From Ylistrum balloti (lineage: Eukaryota), in the NCBI RefSeq assembly GCF_031769215.1, contig NW_026782147.1, forward strand, positions 372,001 through 436,000: a stretch of 64,000 nucleotides of DNA, read 5' to 3'. The position numbers and the translations under genes are program-made. The notes below the pieces were generated by a model that was given only the letters and a program-made list of their open reading frames with translations, had not been told where the DNA came from and ran no database searches. Within the stretch, counting starts at the first letter, position 1. The number at the start of each line of letters is the position of its first letter. Below, in pieces: positions 1 to 13,605 of the stretch.

Positions 1-388
1 GAACGTAAACAGTGAAAGTGCAAATTCTGCGAATCGTGTTAGCACTTAATGTTAAATTTGTCTTTGTTTAGTTAGCATTCATACATGAGAATACCAACCA
101 AAACCAGTTCATTGCTGTTATTTACCAGTTTTAATCACATATTGCTATACATAACTATAATATTCCTGATATCCCTAATATAGGTATGTTCCCGACAGTT
201 CATGAACTGGTAATACACTTTGTTAAGGTTACATAGTAGAAATACATCACAGCATTAAAATATCTTTTTGTGGAAATATTAAATGCCGCCAAAATGCTAA
301 AGTTGTTTAGAATGTACGCCATCCGCAGACACAGAATGAAATCTGACGTATGACGTCATTGAAATAACCACTCATGTTGGCCCAAATA

Positions 389-540
389 GACGAGCTCGAG
401 GGGGTCTTACCGTGGATGCAAACCAGAGTACCTTGGAAAAACTCACGTGACTGGGTAGATGATCCTACACATTTTCACGTCCGATCAGGCAGGGACTCGA
501 ACTCCGGACGCCTAGTTGCGTTACTACTGCGCCAACCGAC
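389..540 (-). mobile_element. tRNA-derived SINE, family 1 (V/Meta-like core), degenerate
   Basis: Minus strand reads gtcggtTGGCGCAGTAG (A box) ... gaGTTCGAGTCCC (B box) ... gtgagtttttccaaggtactctggtttgcatccac. Aligns by eye to 13438-13605. Confidence 0.75.
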
Positions 541-1394
541 GACTCTAATTTGACAACTTCTCCTTAAAATATCATAGAGATTTGTTTGTTCTGATAGGTA
601 TTTTGTTGTCAAGTAAAAACTTTGCATCGGTCTACATAGAAAATCTATCTAAATTACAGAAGCCAAAGACAAAATCACCTCTCAAATTCTATTTCCTTTT
701 TACTCTGAATGTCAATGCTTTCTAAAAGTTTAACGGTCACAATGTTGTTATAATTACCGATTGAAAAAATATCAACGTCAAACGTATTTTTCGTTTAATG
801 GAAAAATTGTTATTGAAAGTCCGCAGCAATAGCGTCACACATGAAACCTTCCAGCTGAAAGAGCAAGGAACGAAAGGACGAAATCCTTTGATCAAAGGTC
901 AAACTTGTGTTCTATTCTTGGAGCAAATGAACATGCTGTTTCAAGAGTACAGAAGCTTACAATTGAAATATATTACAATGATATATTTCTCAATTACATA
1001 GACTGGAAACATGATAAAGGCATTGATAACATTTAATGGACATTTAGTGGTTTGTGGTCTTTTCTATCTATTTTCCAATCCGGAAATTCTGAAGAGACAA
1101 GAAACGATTTTGTATTCCTCGGAGCAACAATTGCAGTTTTTATCTCTTGCCAAAATCTGTAATTTTGACGTTGATGAACCGGATATGATTTGTTATTTTG
1201 ACGGCAATGTATCCCTAAAGACAATCTTCACTGGTTTGTTGTGAAGGCGGTAAACGGCGATAAAATAAATACTTCTTAATATCTCCCTTGACACCGCCCA
1301 AGTGAGAAAAATCATACTTGGTTCCTGTCCCTTAACTAGGGGAAAGAACAGTCCTTATAATCATTTTCTGTCTGAATCCGTTTTGTATGAACTA

Positions 1395-2695
1395 AGATAA
1401 ATCTGCTATGCATAGATTTAGATACGTATGCTATTTTTGGCCTTAGATAAGTATAATATGTGTAACCTAAGATAAATACACTATATATATGGTCTAAGAT
1501 AAATAAACTATATGTATGGTCTAAGATAAATATACTATGTATGGTCTAAGATAAATATACTATGTATAGCTATGTATGGCCTGAGATAAATATACTATGT
1601 ATGGTCTGAGATAAATATACTATGAATGGCCTGAGATAAATATACTATGTATGGTCTAAGATAAATATACTATGTATGGTCTAAGATAAATATATTATGT
1701 ATGGTCTAAGATAAATATACTATGTATGGTCTGAGATAAATATACTATGTATGGCCTGAGATAAATATACTATGTATGGTCTGAGATAAATATACTATGT
1801 ATGGCCTGAGATAAATATACTATGTATGGTCTAAGATAAATATACTATGTATAGCTATGTATGGCCTGAGATAAATATACTATGTATGGTCTGAGATAAA
1901 TATACTATGAATGGCCTGAGATAAATATACTATGAATGGTCTAAGATAAATATACTATGTATGGTCTAAGATAAATATATTATGTATGGTCTAAGATAAA
2001 TATACTATGTATGGTCTAAGATAAATATACTATGTATGGTCTAAGATAAATATACTATGTATGGTCTAAGATAAATATACTATGTATGGTCTAAGATAAA
2101 TATACTATGTATGGCCTGAGATAAATATACTATGTATGGCCTGAGATAAATATACTATGTATGGTCTAAGATAAATATACTATGTATGTCTAAGATAAAT
2201 ATACTATGAATGGCCTGAGATAAATATACTATGGATGGCCTGAGATAAATATACTATGTATGGTCTAAGATAAATATACTATGCATGGCTTGAGATAAAT
2301 ATACTATGTATGGTCTAAGATAAATATACTATATGTATGGTCTAAGATAAATATACTATGTATGTTCTAAGATAAATATACTATGTATGGTCTGAGATAA
2401 ATATACTATGTATGGTCTAAGATAAATATACTATGTATGGTCTAAGATAAATATACTATGTATGGCCTGAGATAAATATACTATGTATGGTCTAAGATAA
2501 ATATACTATGTATGGTTCAAGATAAATTTACTATAAATGGCCTGAGATAAATATACTTTATATGGTCTAAGATAAATATACTATTACGGCCTAAGATAGG
2601 TATAAATATATTGTGTATGGCCTGAGATAAACTATTATGAATTAAGAAAGTAAACTATATATGACCTAGATGAGTATACCATGTATGGCCTGAGA
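1395..2695. repeat. 25-bp minisatellite (ATGGTCTAAGATAAATATACTATGT), about 50 units
   Basis: Directly visible. Variants ATGGCCTGAG / ATGGTCTGAG; degenerate at both ends. Confidence 0.98.
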
Positions 2696-3864
2696 TAGCA
2701 GAATAATACTCGATCAAACTTCGACCGGGTATCATTATGCTATGTCCAGGCTATCTTTATGTGATCGTACGGTAAAAACCAATAACGGAAGAACAATTTG
2801 TCCTTGGCACATATGTCTAAATCTCAGACCGTTGAAATTTGTTCCTAACTGCAAAGGGAAATTTGTCTTCGTGTGTCGGATTATTCCTAAATTTAAAAAG
2901 TAGGATGTTCAGTAAATAGGCGACTCAAAACGTTTGTAATCTTCTTTTTTTTACCGTTATTTCGAGACATTAATTCACTGCCGCTTTGAGTAAGCACGAC
3001 TTAGATAAGACAGGCTGTGGGTACTATCCCTGTGGCATAGCAGAATCACTAAAATTGCATTTAATGCTCCTGGTATTTCGGTCAAAAGTCATAAAGAAAC
3101 ACAGCGCTTTGCTATATCCCTACTTAGGACAGGAGTATATAGTAATCGTTTTGTAAAACCGTCCGTATGTCCTTATCACCACGCATGTACATACGATATT
3201 TCAGACTTAATTGAAACCAACACTGTAGCAGAACATCGAGTTCTGCACTTAACTCGGCGCTTGACCACTTTTGAAAACAAAATTGAGTAAGATTTAACTG
3301 GAATAAAAATATGTTTAGTCCATGGACACCTAATTAGACTTGAGTGGTCATCGGCCATGGTAATTGCTACATTGTTCACATTTGGCCACTTTGAAATAAA
3401 TAAAGACAAAATTTCTCAGAATCCTACGATTCTTACATAAAAAAAACTTTTGGGGAATCGAAAACATATGAGCAGATCAGTGAATCCAGTCTCTTTTCCA
3501 ATACAGAAAGTGGAAGTCTTGATGCAAAAGCTCGAGAATGTGTTAGAACGATTTATTCAGTGTCAGTGCAAACTTCGGTCCAAAAGACGCACAAGAGAAA
3601 AATTCATTATAATACGGATTTAGAATTAGATACAAAATAGCTTAATACATGAACAGGTGAAGTGGGAAGACTCAAGATGACCACCTGGTGTCGATCTTTC
3701 TTTCGATAGAATTAAAAGATCAAACAGAGTAATAATAAAACTTAGTTAATATCAATGAGAACGTAGCTTAGTTTTAATCTATAGCAACATTCAATTTATT
3801 TCGATCAGTATAAAACATAAAAATAAACGACTAGATTAAACACACCTTACATCATTACACATTA

Positions 3865-4445
3865 CAGACAAGGCTTTCAAAGACACCTAAATTCACACAA
3901 GACTATCAAAGACACCCAAATTCACACAAGGCTATCAAAGACACCCAAATTCAGACAAGGCTTTCAAAGACACCCAAATTCAGACATGGCTATCAAAGAA
4001 ACTCAAATTCACACAAGACTATCAAAGACACCCAAATTCACACAAGGCTATCAAAGACACCCAAATTCAGACAAGGCTTTCAAAGTCACCCAAATTCAGA
4101 CATGGCTATCAAAGACACCCAAATTCAGACAAGGCTATAAAAGAAATTCAAATTCAGACATGGCTATCAAAGACACCCAAATTCAGACAAGGCTATCAAA
4201 GAAACCCAAATTCAGACATGGCTATCAAAGACACCCAAATTCTGACATGGCTATCAAAGACACCCAAATTCAGACAAGGCTATCAAAGACACCTAAATTC
4301 AGACAAGGCTATCAAAGACACCCAAATTCAGACAAGGCTATCAAAGAAACCTAAATTCAAACCAGGCTGTCAGCTGTCAAAGCCACTAAAATTCAGACAA
4401 TGCTTTCAAAGACACTTTAACGCAGACAAAGCTTTCAACGACACC
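3865..4445. repeat. 29-bp minisatellite (CAAAGACACCCAAATTCAGACAAGGCTAT), about 20 units
   Basis: Directly visible (e.g. CTATC at 3903 and 3932). It generates the repetitive ORFs 3986-4354 and 4218-4454. Confidence 0.97.
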
Positions 4446-5761
4446 CATGCCTAGTCATCTGTTACCATTTTAAATAAGATACTGGTTCCATTTCCATGTA
4501 GGAATCTACATGGAAATTGAAAATCTACATTGTTCTAATTATCTGAGAAATGTCCTGTCCCTATGTTAAAAGTATTAGTGGTAACGTACAGTATGTCCCT
4601 ATGGTACTATGTTTAATGTCCCACTGGACCTATTTTCTATTTAAACCATCATTTAACCATCACCTATGAAGTCTGCACCATCATCTTTTTATGAAAAGAA
4701 GTGACTATAAGATTTCAAAGGAACTTATCAAACCCCAGCACAGCCATTTTGAAAAGTGACATGACTGAATTTCCAAGTTGCATTATTAGTGAAACATAAA
4801 TTGTATGAATATAAGGTTTTCTTGAAATGAAGGTATCAGCGGAGACGATCAATGGACCAAACGAAAACCAAACATGACATTGGACAACTTCATGCTTCCA
4901 GAAAACATTTCAGTGGATATTATTCTATCAAATCTTTCCGACCGTAAATCCATAGATAATATGATCACCATGAAACGGAGTGATGTTATGACGCTTGTGT
5001 TGTTGGATCGTTAAACAAACGACAATTTCATTACCATCGTAAGGAGTGACCTTACGATCTGATATTTACGTTGTGGCATCATTCCTTCTGTATAGATTCC
5101 GTGTCATCTGATATCATATCATAAACATTACGAAGACTCTGATTTGTACTCTACGTGTGTTGTGTGATAAGGAGTTCCCTGTAATTATTGTTTTGCTTTC
5201 AGATACCGAAACGACTACACCGCCAACATACGCATTTGAATTTTGTTTACAACAACAAACAATCAAACAATTATTTTCGAAGTTTACGCCAAAAAACCTT
5301 TTAAGTGTAATTTCTTTTAATATTCTATACCATATATGGTATACGAATCTTAATTATAAGGAAATGTATCTTGTTCAATATTGGTAAGAATCTAAACTGT
5401 CCTTCTTCCTTTATCAGATACATATTGATTGTAAGCAGAATCCGTACCAAATCTAACACTATCACGATACTACGCATTATTATGGTGCCAGCAAATAATT
5501 AGAATAATGTCTGTATGACACGCATTTAAGATAATTAGTTTTTCCCATTTTGATAAACATTTTTATTCAAAACAACTGCATTACAACGGTTTCAGTTAAG
5601 GTGTGTTTGTTGAACTTATTGACCTTGCGATGAAAACTTTTGGATCTTGAATCTTGCGTCGTGACAGCCCAAACTGGTGCTTGATATTCCAAAACAAATT
5701 CCAATTAGATATTGCGTTTATTGTGTATTGTAGCATTACATCCTATTAACATCCAGAGACA

Positions 5762-5932
5762 TGTAAGGATTTGGGTGGTGTAAGAAAGTCAGAGGAGTTC
5801 TCGAAAGAAACTACCGACCTGCGGTCATTACCTGGCAACTGCTCCACGTACGCCTCGAACCTCAGACCCAGAGTTGGAGGTCCGTGATTAAACGGCCAGA
5901 CAACGCCTTAAACACTCGATCACCGCAGCCCC
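5762..5932 (-). mobile_element. tRNA-derived SINE, family 2
   Basis: Minus strand begins ggggctgcggtgatcgagtgtttaaggcg, has a B-box-like GGTTCGAG, then ggcaactg/ggtcggtagtttc core. Clearly homologous to 37885-38045. Confidence 0.75.
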
Positions 5933-7134
5933 ATTCCAAATCACAGTTCATCAATGACGGGGTCAGAACACTAGATCAGGACCTATAACAGGCTATTCTG
6001 TAAATGATATGATATTTCAGTGTAACAACACTATAAAAGTATCTCTTTGCTTATACCGCGTTTATATGAAATATTGACAAGGTTTTAAACTACAAATAGT
6101 AGGCATAACTAAAAGTGAATGAGACACCATTAATAAATATCTGTCACATTCAATTTCCATTAAGGTTCTGTAGAGCGCCATACTTTATACAAAAATATAG
6201 ATGGCTGTATTTCTACCGCTTGCAGCAATGTAGAAAATAAGCATTTAGACATTGTCACAAAACCTTGTCTAAAGTATTCCAGTAAAACATAGCTCAGACA
6301 TTCTGTAATTAATAATTACGGGATGCTCCTGACAGTGGCATCGATTTGCCATTTACCATTTCACGAGCAAAAAAAGGCGTACGCTCTAACGATATGTCAG
6401 ACTTGGGCTTTTGTGAGATTGATAAATATGAATACTAAGTATCAATGGGATATTTCTTCGTTATAAATCACGGTAAGTTTTTTTTATTGAATCCCTTTTT
6501 TATTGATAAATTATGTTGCCGTGGGTATTTTTTTCTTTATTAGAAACTCTTTGATAGAACACCGCCTGAGTAATATATCTTGTCATATTTTTTTTTCTCC
6601 CCCCCTCCCCAATCAAATGGGAACCATTAATGTTACAATGCATACATGCATTAAATTTATTTCGCCTTGTTGGTCTATACAATATATCACAGTTTTATCA
6701 CGAACATCGTGTCTTTTCCTGGATTTCCAATTTAATATCTCTCTACTAAATTATTCCATTTTAGTCGATATGAAAGAATAGAATTAATCTACTATTTTGG
6801 CGTCGAACTGACAACAATATGACCGAAAGTGCGGCTTATTCGCAGTTTATAGGCAAATAAAAATGTCACAATCTGATGAGGTGTAGTTCTTTACAACTGA
6901 GTAGTCTAAAAATACTTTTTTGTTTGATATTAACTAACTTCATCTTAAACATGTAATCTAGACTATAATGCACAAACGTATAACTAATGTGATTCAATGC
7001 GGAAGAAATTAAGTCATCAGCCCGAATTCAGAGTTGAAGTGTGAACGAGTTCTGTAACAGGTGATTTTAGCTTTCAAATTTTTCCAAATCATTACAGGTA
7101 CAAACTCGTGTATAACCTTGCTTTGTATTAGTTT

Positions 7135-7821
7135 CATATTTGTCAGTTGTACACAATAACAATATCTTGTTTATCAGTTGTACATGAAACCAATATTCTG
7201 TTTGTCAGTTGTAAATGATAACAATATTTTGTTTGTCAATTGTAAATGATAACACTATTTTGTTTGTCAGTTGTACACGATAACAATATTTTGTCAGTTG
7301 TACACGATAACAATATCTTGTTTGTCAGTTGTACACGATAACAATATTTTGTTTGTCAGTTGTAAATGATAACAATATTTTGTTTGTCAGTTGTACACGA
7401 TAACAATATTTTGTCAGTTGTACACGATAACAATATTTTGTCAGTTGTACACGATAACAATATTTTGTCAGTTGTACACGATAACAATATTTTGTTTGTC
7501 AGTTGTAAATGATAACAATATTTTGTTTGTCAGTTGTACACGATAACAATATCTTGTTTGTCAGTTGTAAATGATAACAATATCTTGTTTGTCAGTTGTA
7601 AATGATAACAATATTTTGTCAGTTGTACATGATAACAATATCTTGTTTGTCAGTTGTACACGATAACAATATCTTGTTTGTCAGTTGTAAATTATAACAA
7701 TATTTTGTTTGTCAGTTGTAAATGATAACAATATTTTGTCAGTTGTAAATGATAACAATATTTTGTTTGTCAGTTGTAAATGATAACAATATTTTGTCAG
7801 TTGTACATGATAACAATATTT
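7135..7821. repeat. 27/31-bp minisatellite (GTCAGTTGTACACGATAACAATATTTT +/- GTTT), about 23 units
   Basis: Directly visible. Two length variants and two sequence variants (TACACG vs TAAATG) are interspersed. Confidence 0.97.
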
Positions 7822-8759
7822 AAGCCTGTAAAAGCATTATACTTATTGCTATAAACGTTGACATGGTCCTTGATCAGGACGTATTCTTAACGTGCATTTT
7901 TTTACCAGGCCTACGAGAGATCAGATGCAAAGCCAACAATGTTTTCTTTGCGGATAAAGTTCATGGCCACTCTGAACTTGATCAGCGTAGTTCGAAACGG
8001 TAATTACAGGGTTTAAGTAGTAAAATATGTGTTACTTCCTAGAATATATAGGTGAGCAGATCTAAAGACAAATGGAAAGTTCCCACATGTAGAGTCGTAC
8101 CACAACATAACCTGCGTAGATGGTAGACACCTAGTCTGGCTTATTCACAGGAGTCTACTTAATTCAATAAGACGAGGGTTAGAACACATGACTTCATTTC
8201 TGGAGACAATGGTTGTTTGAATCAATAATGATTTGGCGTAATGAGTTGCACGTGGACTACCCTGGGATAAATACTCATAGCTGATAGATTGGATAGAATA
8301 GACTTAAACACTATAACATTGACCATTAAAACGATAAACCCAATACCAGAAAATTTTATATGAACTGGGAAAAATAAAAATTTCCATAATCCATCAAAGA
8401 CGTCCCGATCAATGATTCAAAGACACAGTGGTCACGACTATGATATAATATTCGAATCATGATGGCAGGAGTTTCTCTGGTCAATAATAATTGACCCAGG
8501 TGAGGACTGTCCTGTGACTAATTCATCTATTGTATTATCCATGAAGGAACACGGACGAAGTCGCCGTGTTCGACATAAAAACAGATTTGAAGGGACAATA
8601 TTTCACCATCATTGTCTGACTAAATCCATCAAATTTATTTTGTCCGTCTGTTTAAAGTTTAGGATTTCGGAAATAGCCAAAGTCATTTGAAGACTGGTAT
8701 CCACGGAGACTTGCATATGAAAGGGATTGTACAAATGACACACAAGAGAATATCACCTT

Positions 8760-8950
8760 AAATCCAGATATAGAACTAGACAGAGTAGAGCCAAATAATG
8801 AATTAGACTGCACCATACAGCTGTGTCCGTCTTCTAGGACTTGTCAGTGATGCCAAGGGCCTAAATTGTGAAATCTAAATGCAACAGAGTTTTAAAAATT
8901 CGAATGTAGAAACTCAAAAGTCCCATGATTCAATAAATTTCGTAATTTTC
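8760..8950. repeat. Dispersed repeat family B (AGTAGAGCCAAATAATGAATT core)
   Basis: Same core at ~26350 (acagtagagccaaataatgaatt) and ~52978 (acagtaaagccaaataatgaattaaactacatcatac), with downstream similarity between the 8.8-kb and 53-kb copies. Confidence 0.6.
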
Positions 8951-10477
8951 ATATCTGATATTTCAAAGAAACGTCAAAAAACATGTGGGGGGAAAGTGGA
9001 TTAAAAAAAAAACGTAGGCATCCCATGTGTTAAATTAAGGTTGCCAATCTTACCAGTTCTGGTTCAGTAATGCTCCCTCTTGTAAAAGACAATTAGGCAA
9101 TGGTCAATTTTTGTTAGCTGGTGATATCAAAATTCACATCGCTTCCTTACTGCAGACCTTGCATACCGTTAATTTCGTCGTCCGGCGCATCTCTTTGATG
9201 GAAAAAATGTATTATGTTGATTATATATTCGTATAGATTTTGTGTGTATGTGTGTGAAGATTTATTTCATGAACATTTTCGTTTTCAGCAATGTGTTACC
9301 ACTTGTATTTCGTAATATTGTAAGTTTCAAAGTAAAACACATCATCAGGTAAGTCTTTAAAAGAGTTATTCACTTATATATTTATCTTCAACAAAGTGAC
9401 TAAACATTCGCGCACATGTACGAACAATATCAAACCTAAATATCACGGCATGAAATTCACATCAAATACTTTCACCAAAAAAGGAACATTTCTTAATAAC
9501 GATTTTTCTCAAAGGTTTCAACGATATTGCGTTCTAATGATAGATCGCTACTCTAGCATGTACGGTAATTGCTCTATAAATCTGAATTAAAGCTTTGGTA
9601 TAATGAAATATAAAATTAGCTCTCAATTACCATCCCGTTAAATGGGAAATCGATCTATGGGGATTAAAGGTAATTCTATTGTTCAACCAATTTAACAAAC
9701 GCTGAACTGATAAGCCAGTTTACAGAAAAATCGTCTATATGATCCTGAGGTGTGGAAATCGAACCTTAAGTCAATGTTTTTTAGCGATCCCTGATAAATC
9801 TGGTCTGAAATCGTTTGATACCCAAACTTAGTTAACCTTTTTTCCCATGCAAACGATTATTTAAAAATGTGTTTCCACTCCATCCAAATGCATGGATTCC
9901 AGTCATTCATCAACGTGCATAGCATTTGATTTTGTTGCTTAAACTAAAATGCAAAGTGAATGCCCTTTTTTGTAATTAATTTCTCCCTTGACTACAGCCG
10001 AATAGAATTGTTCCAAGATATCCTAAGCGTGTTTGGTTTTAAATTATTTAAATCCAAGAAGTCACGCTCAAATGATGAGTAACGAAAACACAGCTGGTGT
10101 TGTAGCGTCGGTTTTATCGCCCAAACCTAGTGCAATTTTTTAAATACCATTGTTCTGATCTTAAATCGTTTGTTTTTCAGTTTTAATGTTTCTATAGCAT
10201 AGTGCCTGGAATGTGTACGTGAAAAAATTGAGTAAACCATTCAAGGAATGAGCAGAGGATATCGGTTTATTCAAATTGTGTTACGTCTGAAAGTCTTTTG
10301 AAAAGTGTAGTATTAAAAGGTCACTTAAAACATTATAACCAGTGATTTTGTGTACGCTCTGAAGAGCCTGTCACAGCTGAATATTTAGTGATTAACTTAT
10401 TAATCTTCAACATGTTAGCTTTTAATTATAAACGTTAAGGATTTGTTGGCATGTCATATAAGATCCAAAGGGAAGTC

Positions 10478-11290
10478 AGGTAGATACTGAAAGATGAAAA
10501 TTGTCTTAATCAAAAGTCACATGGTAGATACTGAAAGACGACCGATAAGTGTCTTAATAAAAATCACATGGTAGACACTGACAGACAAAAAGTGTCTTGC
10601 TCAAAGGTCATACGGTAAAGACAAGAAGTATGTTGATTAAGGTTATTTGACATACCGAAAGGCCAACACTCTCTTAATAGATACTGAAAAGCAAGAGTTT
10701 CTTAATCAAAGGTCTCAAGATACTTGAAGACAAAAGGTGTTTAAATTAAAGGTCATTTGATAAACTGAAAGACGAAAAATTCTTTTTTTAAAGATCACAA
10801 GGTCGAAAGGGAAAAGCAAAAAGTGTATCATTAAAAAAGGTCACGTATTAGATACTGAAAAGCGAAATGTCTTAATCAAAAGTTATATGGTTAATATAAA
10901 CGTAAGGACGAAACGCGTCTTAATCAAGGTCACTTGACATATTAAAGGGAGGAAAGAGTCTTAACTGAACATCACAAGGTCGATACTGAAAGGCAAAAAG
11001 TGTCTTAAAAAAGGTTTAAAATGTTACATGGTCGATACTTAAATGTTAAACGGGTCTTATTCGAAGGTGACTTGGCAGATACTGAAAGACGAAAATGCAT
11101 TAAAGCTCCCATGGCATATACTAAGAGAGATGGAAATTTTCTCAATAAACTGTCCAACAGTAGAAACCTGAGGGGATGTATCTTAGTAAAAGGTCACTCG
11201 GTAGATACTGAAGAGCGAAAAGTGTCTCAATCAATGGACATATGGTAAAAACTGAAGAGCAACAAGTATCTTAATCGAAGGTCAAATGAC
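10478..11290. repeat. Old degenerate ~44-bp tandem repeat (GGTAGATACTGAAAGAC..AAGTGTCTTAATCAAAGGTCACAT), about 18 units
   Basis: Recurrent GATACTGAAA and GTCTTAAT..AAGGTCA words at ~44-bp spacing. Confidence 0.85.
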
Positions 11291-12399
11291 AAACAATGAA
11301 ATCATAAATTCGATGGAGGTTTTAATATCGAAAATCAGTGCTACAGATGTTAATGATCGATGTATACCGTTGCACTATCAAAACTTCAGTGCGAGTTCTG
11401 TAGAGAAAAAATCCACTAGTAATAATTTCCCCTCTGTTCGGTCATTACGGATTATCATGCTGTACATATGTCAATTTTTTATCAAATGTGAATGTAGTAA
11501 TGTGATTTTCAGTGTGGCATTTTCATCTTATTCAGAGTGTATAGGATTATGATATTGTCAATTATCATTAAAACAATGTCCTTTCTTGCAAACAAGCGAC
11601 AGTATCGTTTTGAAGGAGAGTTAACATAGTTTCATTAGTCCCTCCTGTGCTTTGTTCAAGCTGTTCAAGTTTTAAGGTTCTTAGTTATTACAATGTCGAT
11701 CATTTAACCAACAATTTTAAGAAAAAAATTGCTGTTTCTAGGCCATCAGTCTCTGATTTATATAACCGTTATAAAATCATATTCTTGATGATAAATGTTA
11801 GAGAAATGCCAGAAGACATTTAACAAAGTGGGGGAGTATGTAGCCAGGTGTTAAAAACAATCCTAGTAAATCATACAAATTATCGCTTGTCAGGAAGGAA
11901 TGTATGTAGGTAGGTATGTATGTAAGTGCACGTGCATCCACTACGATACTGCTTCTGTAACACATGTCGGGAGGCATATTCCAGTCACTCATAACTCTTA
12001 CTCTGGATGTTCATGGTAAGTATTTTATGTATTCGTAAGTTTTGAAGAGTGTGATCTTAAACATAATAATAATTCATCATATTTTATCATCGTATGGCCA
12101 TTATTTGCTTATTGTGAGTGATGTGTGGGTGATGTATGCTAAATTATTTCGTAAGCTCGTTTGGCTAGAATGATTAAACACAAAAACAAAACAAAATATT
12201 ACTGCGTTGTGTTGGTTTTTCTAGACATACACTTTAGATTTTATCTAAGAATGACAACAAACAAATCATGCACAATTTAAAACCTACCAAAACAAAAACA
12301 TTGACAAGGATTTATAAATTAATATGGAGCATCCGCATTGCAGTTTGCGATTTTTTCATATGTAAAGACAACATATAAAATACCGATATGTTTACACAA

Positions 12400-12580
12400 T
12401 CCTTATTCAAATACAAATTCAATCAAACTGATAACAAAAGAGATTTACAATAACGGAGACTCATGAAATAGTAAAAGGAGAATACGACCAGTTGTTCTAG
12501 GAGAGTAAGCTTCATCGACAACACGCGCCATGAAAACCTTGGTCAACCCAAATTGAAATCAAAATATGTCAATTCAGCTA
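12400..12580 (-). mobile_element. Dispersed repeat family A (unclassified SINE-like), copy
   Basis: Reverse complement aligns with 40230-40330 (acggagac..gaaa.gta.aaggagaata.gacca). Confidence 0.7.
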
Positions 12581-12854
12581 TGTCGGGTACACTGCAGTGT
12601 TTGGGAAATAAAACAGATAATCGTTATTGTGTACTTCATTTTACCTTCCTCGTGATCTTAGAATTCTTACAAACAGAATGAAGCATCATTAATTGCTTTT
12701 TTACAATTTCCATATGCCCGTTTGGACATTATCAACCTGTGATAGGGTCACATAAACCCAATGTTATCCTGCCGTCACGCTGAAAAGGCTTGGGCTTGGG
12801 AAGGAATCAGTTGTAGACAACTGCAGTACAAATAATCTCCATTTACAGATTGCT

Positions 12855-12958
12855 GGGGGCAAATGGTCAACTGTAAATCATCACGATAGCAAACGGTCAA
12901 CTCAAATCGCATGGGTGCAAACGGTCAATTAAAAACCGACAGGGGCAAATGGTCAATG
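12855..12958. repeat. Four copies of GCAAA(T/C)GGTCAA at 28-30-bp spacing
   Basis: Directly visible at ~12858, 12888, 12916 and 12944. Confidence 0.7.
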
Positions 12959-13189
12959 GTGAGACGGTGTCATGGAAGAGATTAAGTAGAATAATAGGGA
13001 TCCAAATTAAATATACCTCTGACGGTCATACAATCTTAAGCAGATTTTCACACCTTACTTGCACTGATGAGAGATATAAAGATATAACAAGATCGATATG
13101 GTATCAAAATCTGCCTAAATTGATTTATCCACAGACAGCAACAGAAAAATTTACAAGGAATATAAATATTTTTTTTGAGAATAATTTAT

Positions 13190-13398
13190 AAATTGTAAGA
13201 AGTGTTTCCCGCAGTAATCATTTTTGGCGGTTTAACATAGTTTTACGATAAAGGGGTTGATTTTGTTTACGAAATTCATCGTGCTAACTCGTGTTTCTCT
13301 TTCAATCTTCTTTTTAATGTGTCTTTATTTTGGTGGACTTATTCCTTTCCTCGAAAAATTGAATCACGAACCACTCGAAAATAGTAACTTTTACGGTA
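13190..13398. mobile_element. MITE-like non-autonomous element ending CTCGAAAA..AACTTTTACGGTA
   Basis: 3' end matches 54630-54664 (ctcgaaaacaagaaactttacagta) and, more weakly, 37540-37569. The left end is not clearly defined. Confidence 0.4.
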
Positions 13399-13437
13399 AA
13401 TATAGATAAATATATAATCTATTTCATTTACAACAAT

Positions 13438-13605
13438 CAGCTTATATTTATCACTTATCCTGGCTGGAATGGAAGTGCGCGGGAGTCTTACTGTGGGAGA
13501 AAACCGGAGTACCTGGGGGAAAATCCATGTCAGACGCCCGTTCCGGAAATCGAACCCCGAGCGACTAGGTGAAAGGCAAGTTCGTTACCACTGCGCCATC
13601 CGACC
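13438..13605 (-). mobile_element. tRNA-derived SINE, family 1 (V/Meta-like core)
   Basis: Minus strand: ggtcggaTGGCGCAGTGG (A box), gGGTTCGATTTCC (B box), then core ccccaggtactccggttttctcccacag, resembling the V-SINE central domain. Confidence 0.85.

Noticed and set aside
1320-3140. Weak inverted similarity flanking the 25-bp array (TCCTGTCC..TAGG and TCTGCTATGC), suggesting a MITE carrying the array
   Set aside because: Only two short words match, with unequal spacing; not distinguishable from chance by eye.
3986-4454. ORFs of 122 and 78 aa called as genes
   Set aside because: Entirely produced by the 29-bp minisatellite.
12855-12958. Constant motif with variable spacers, superficially CRISPR-like
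   Set aside because: The repeat is only ~13 bp and the spacers ~15 bp; there are four copies, no cas genes, and the context is eukaryotic. It is a decayed minisatellite.
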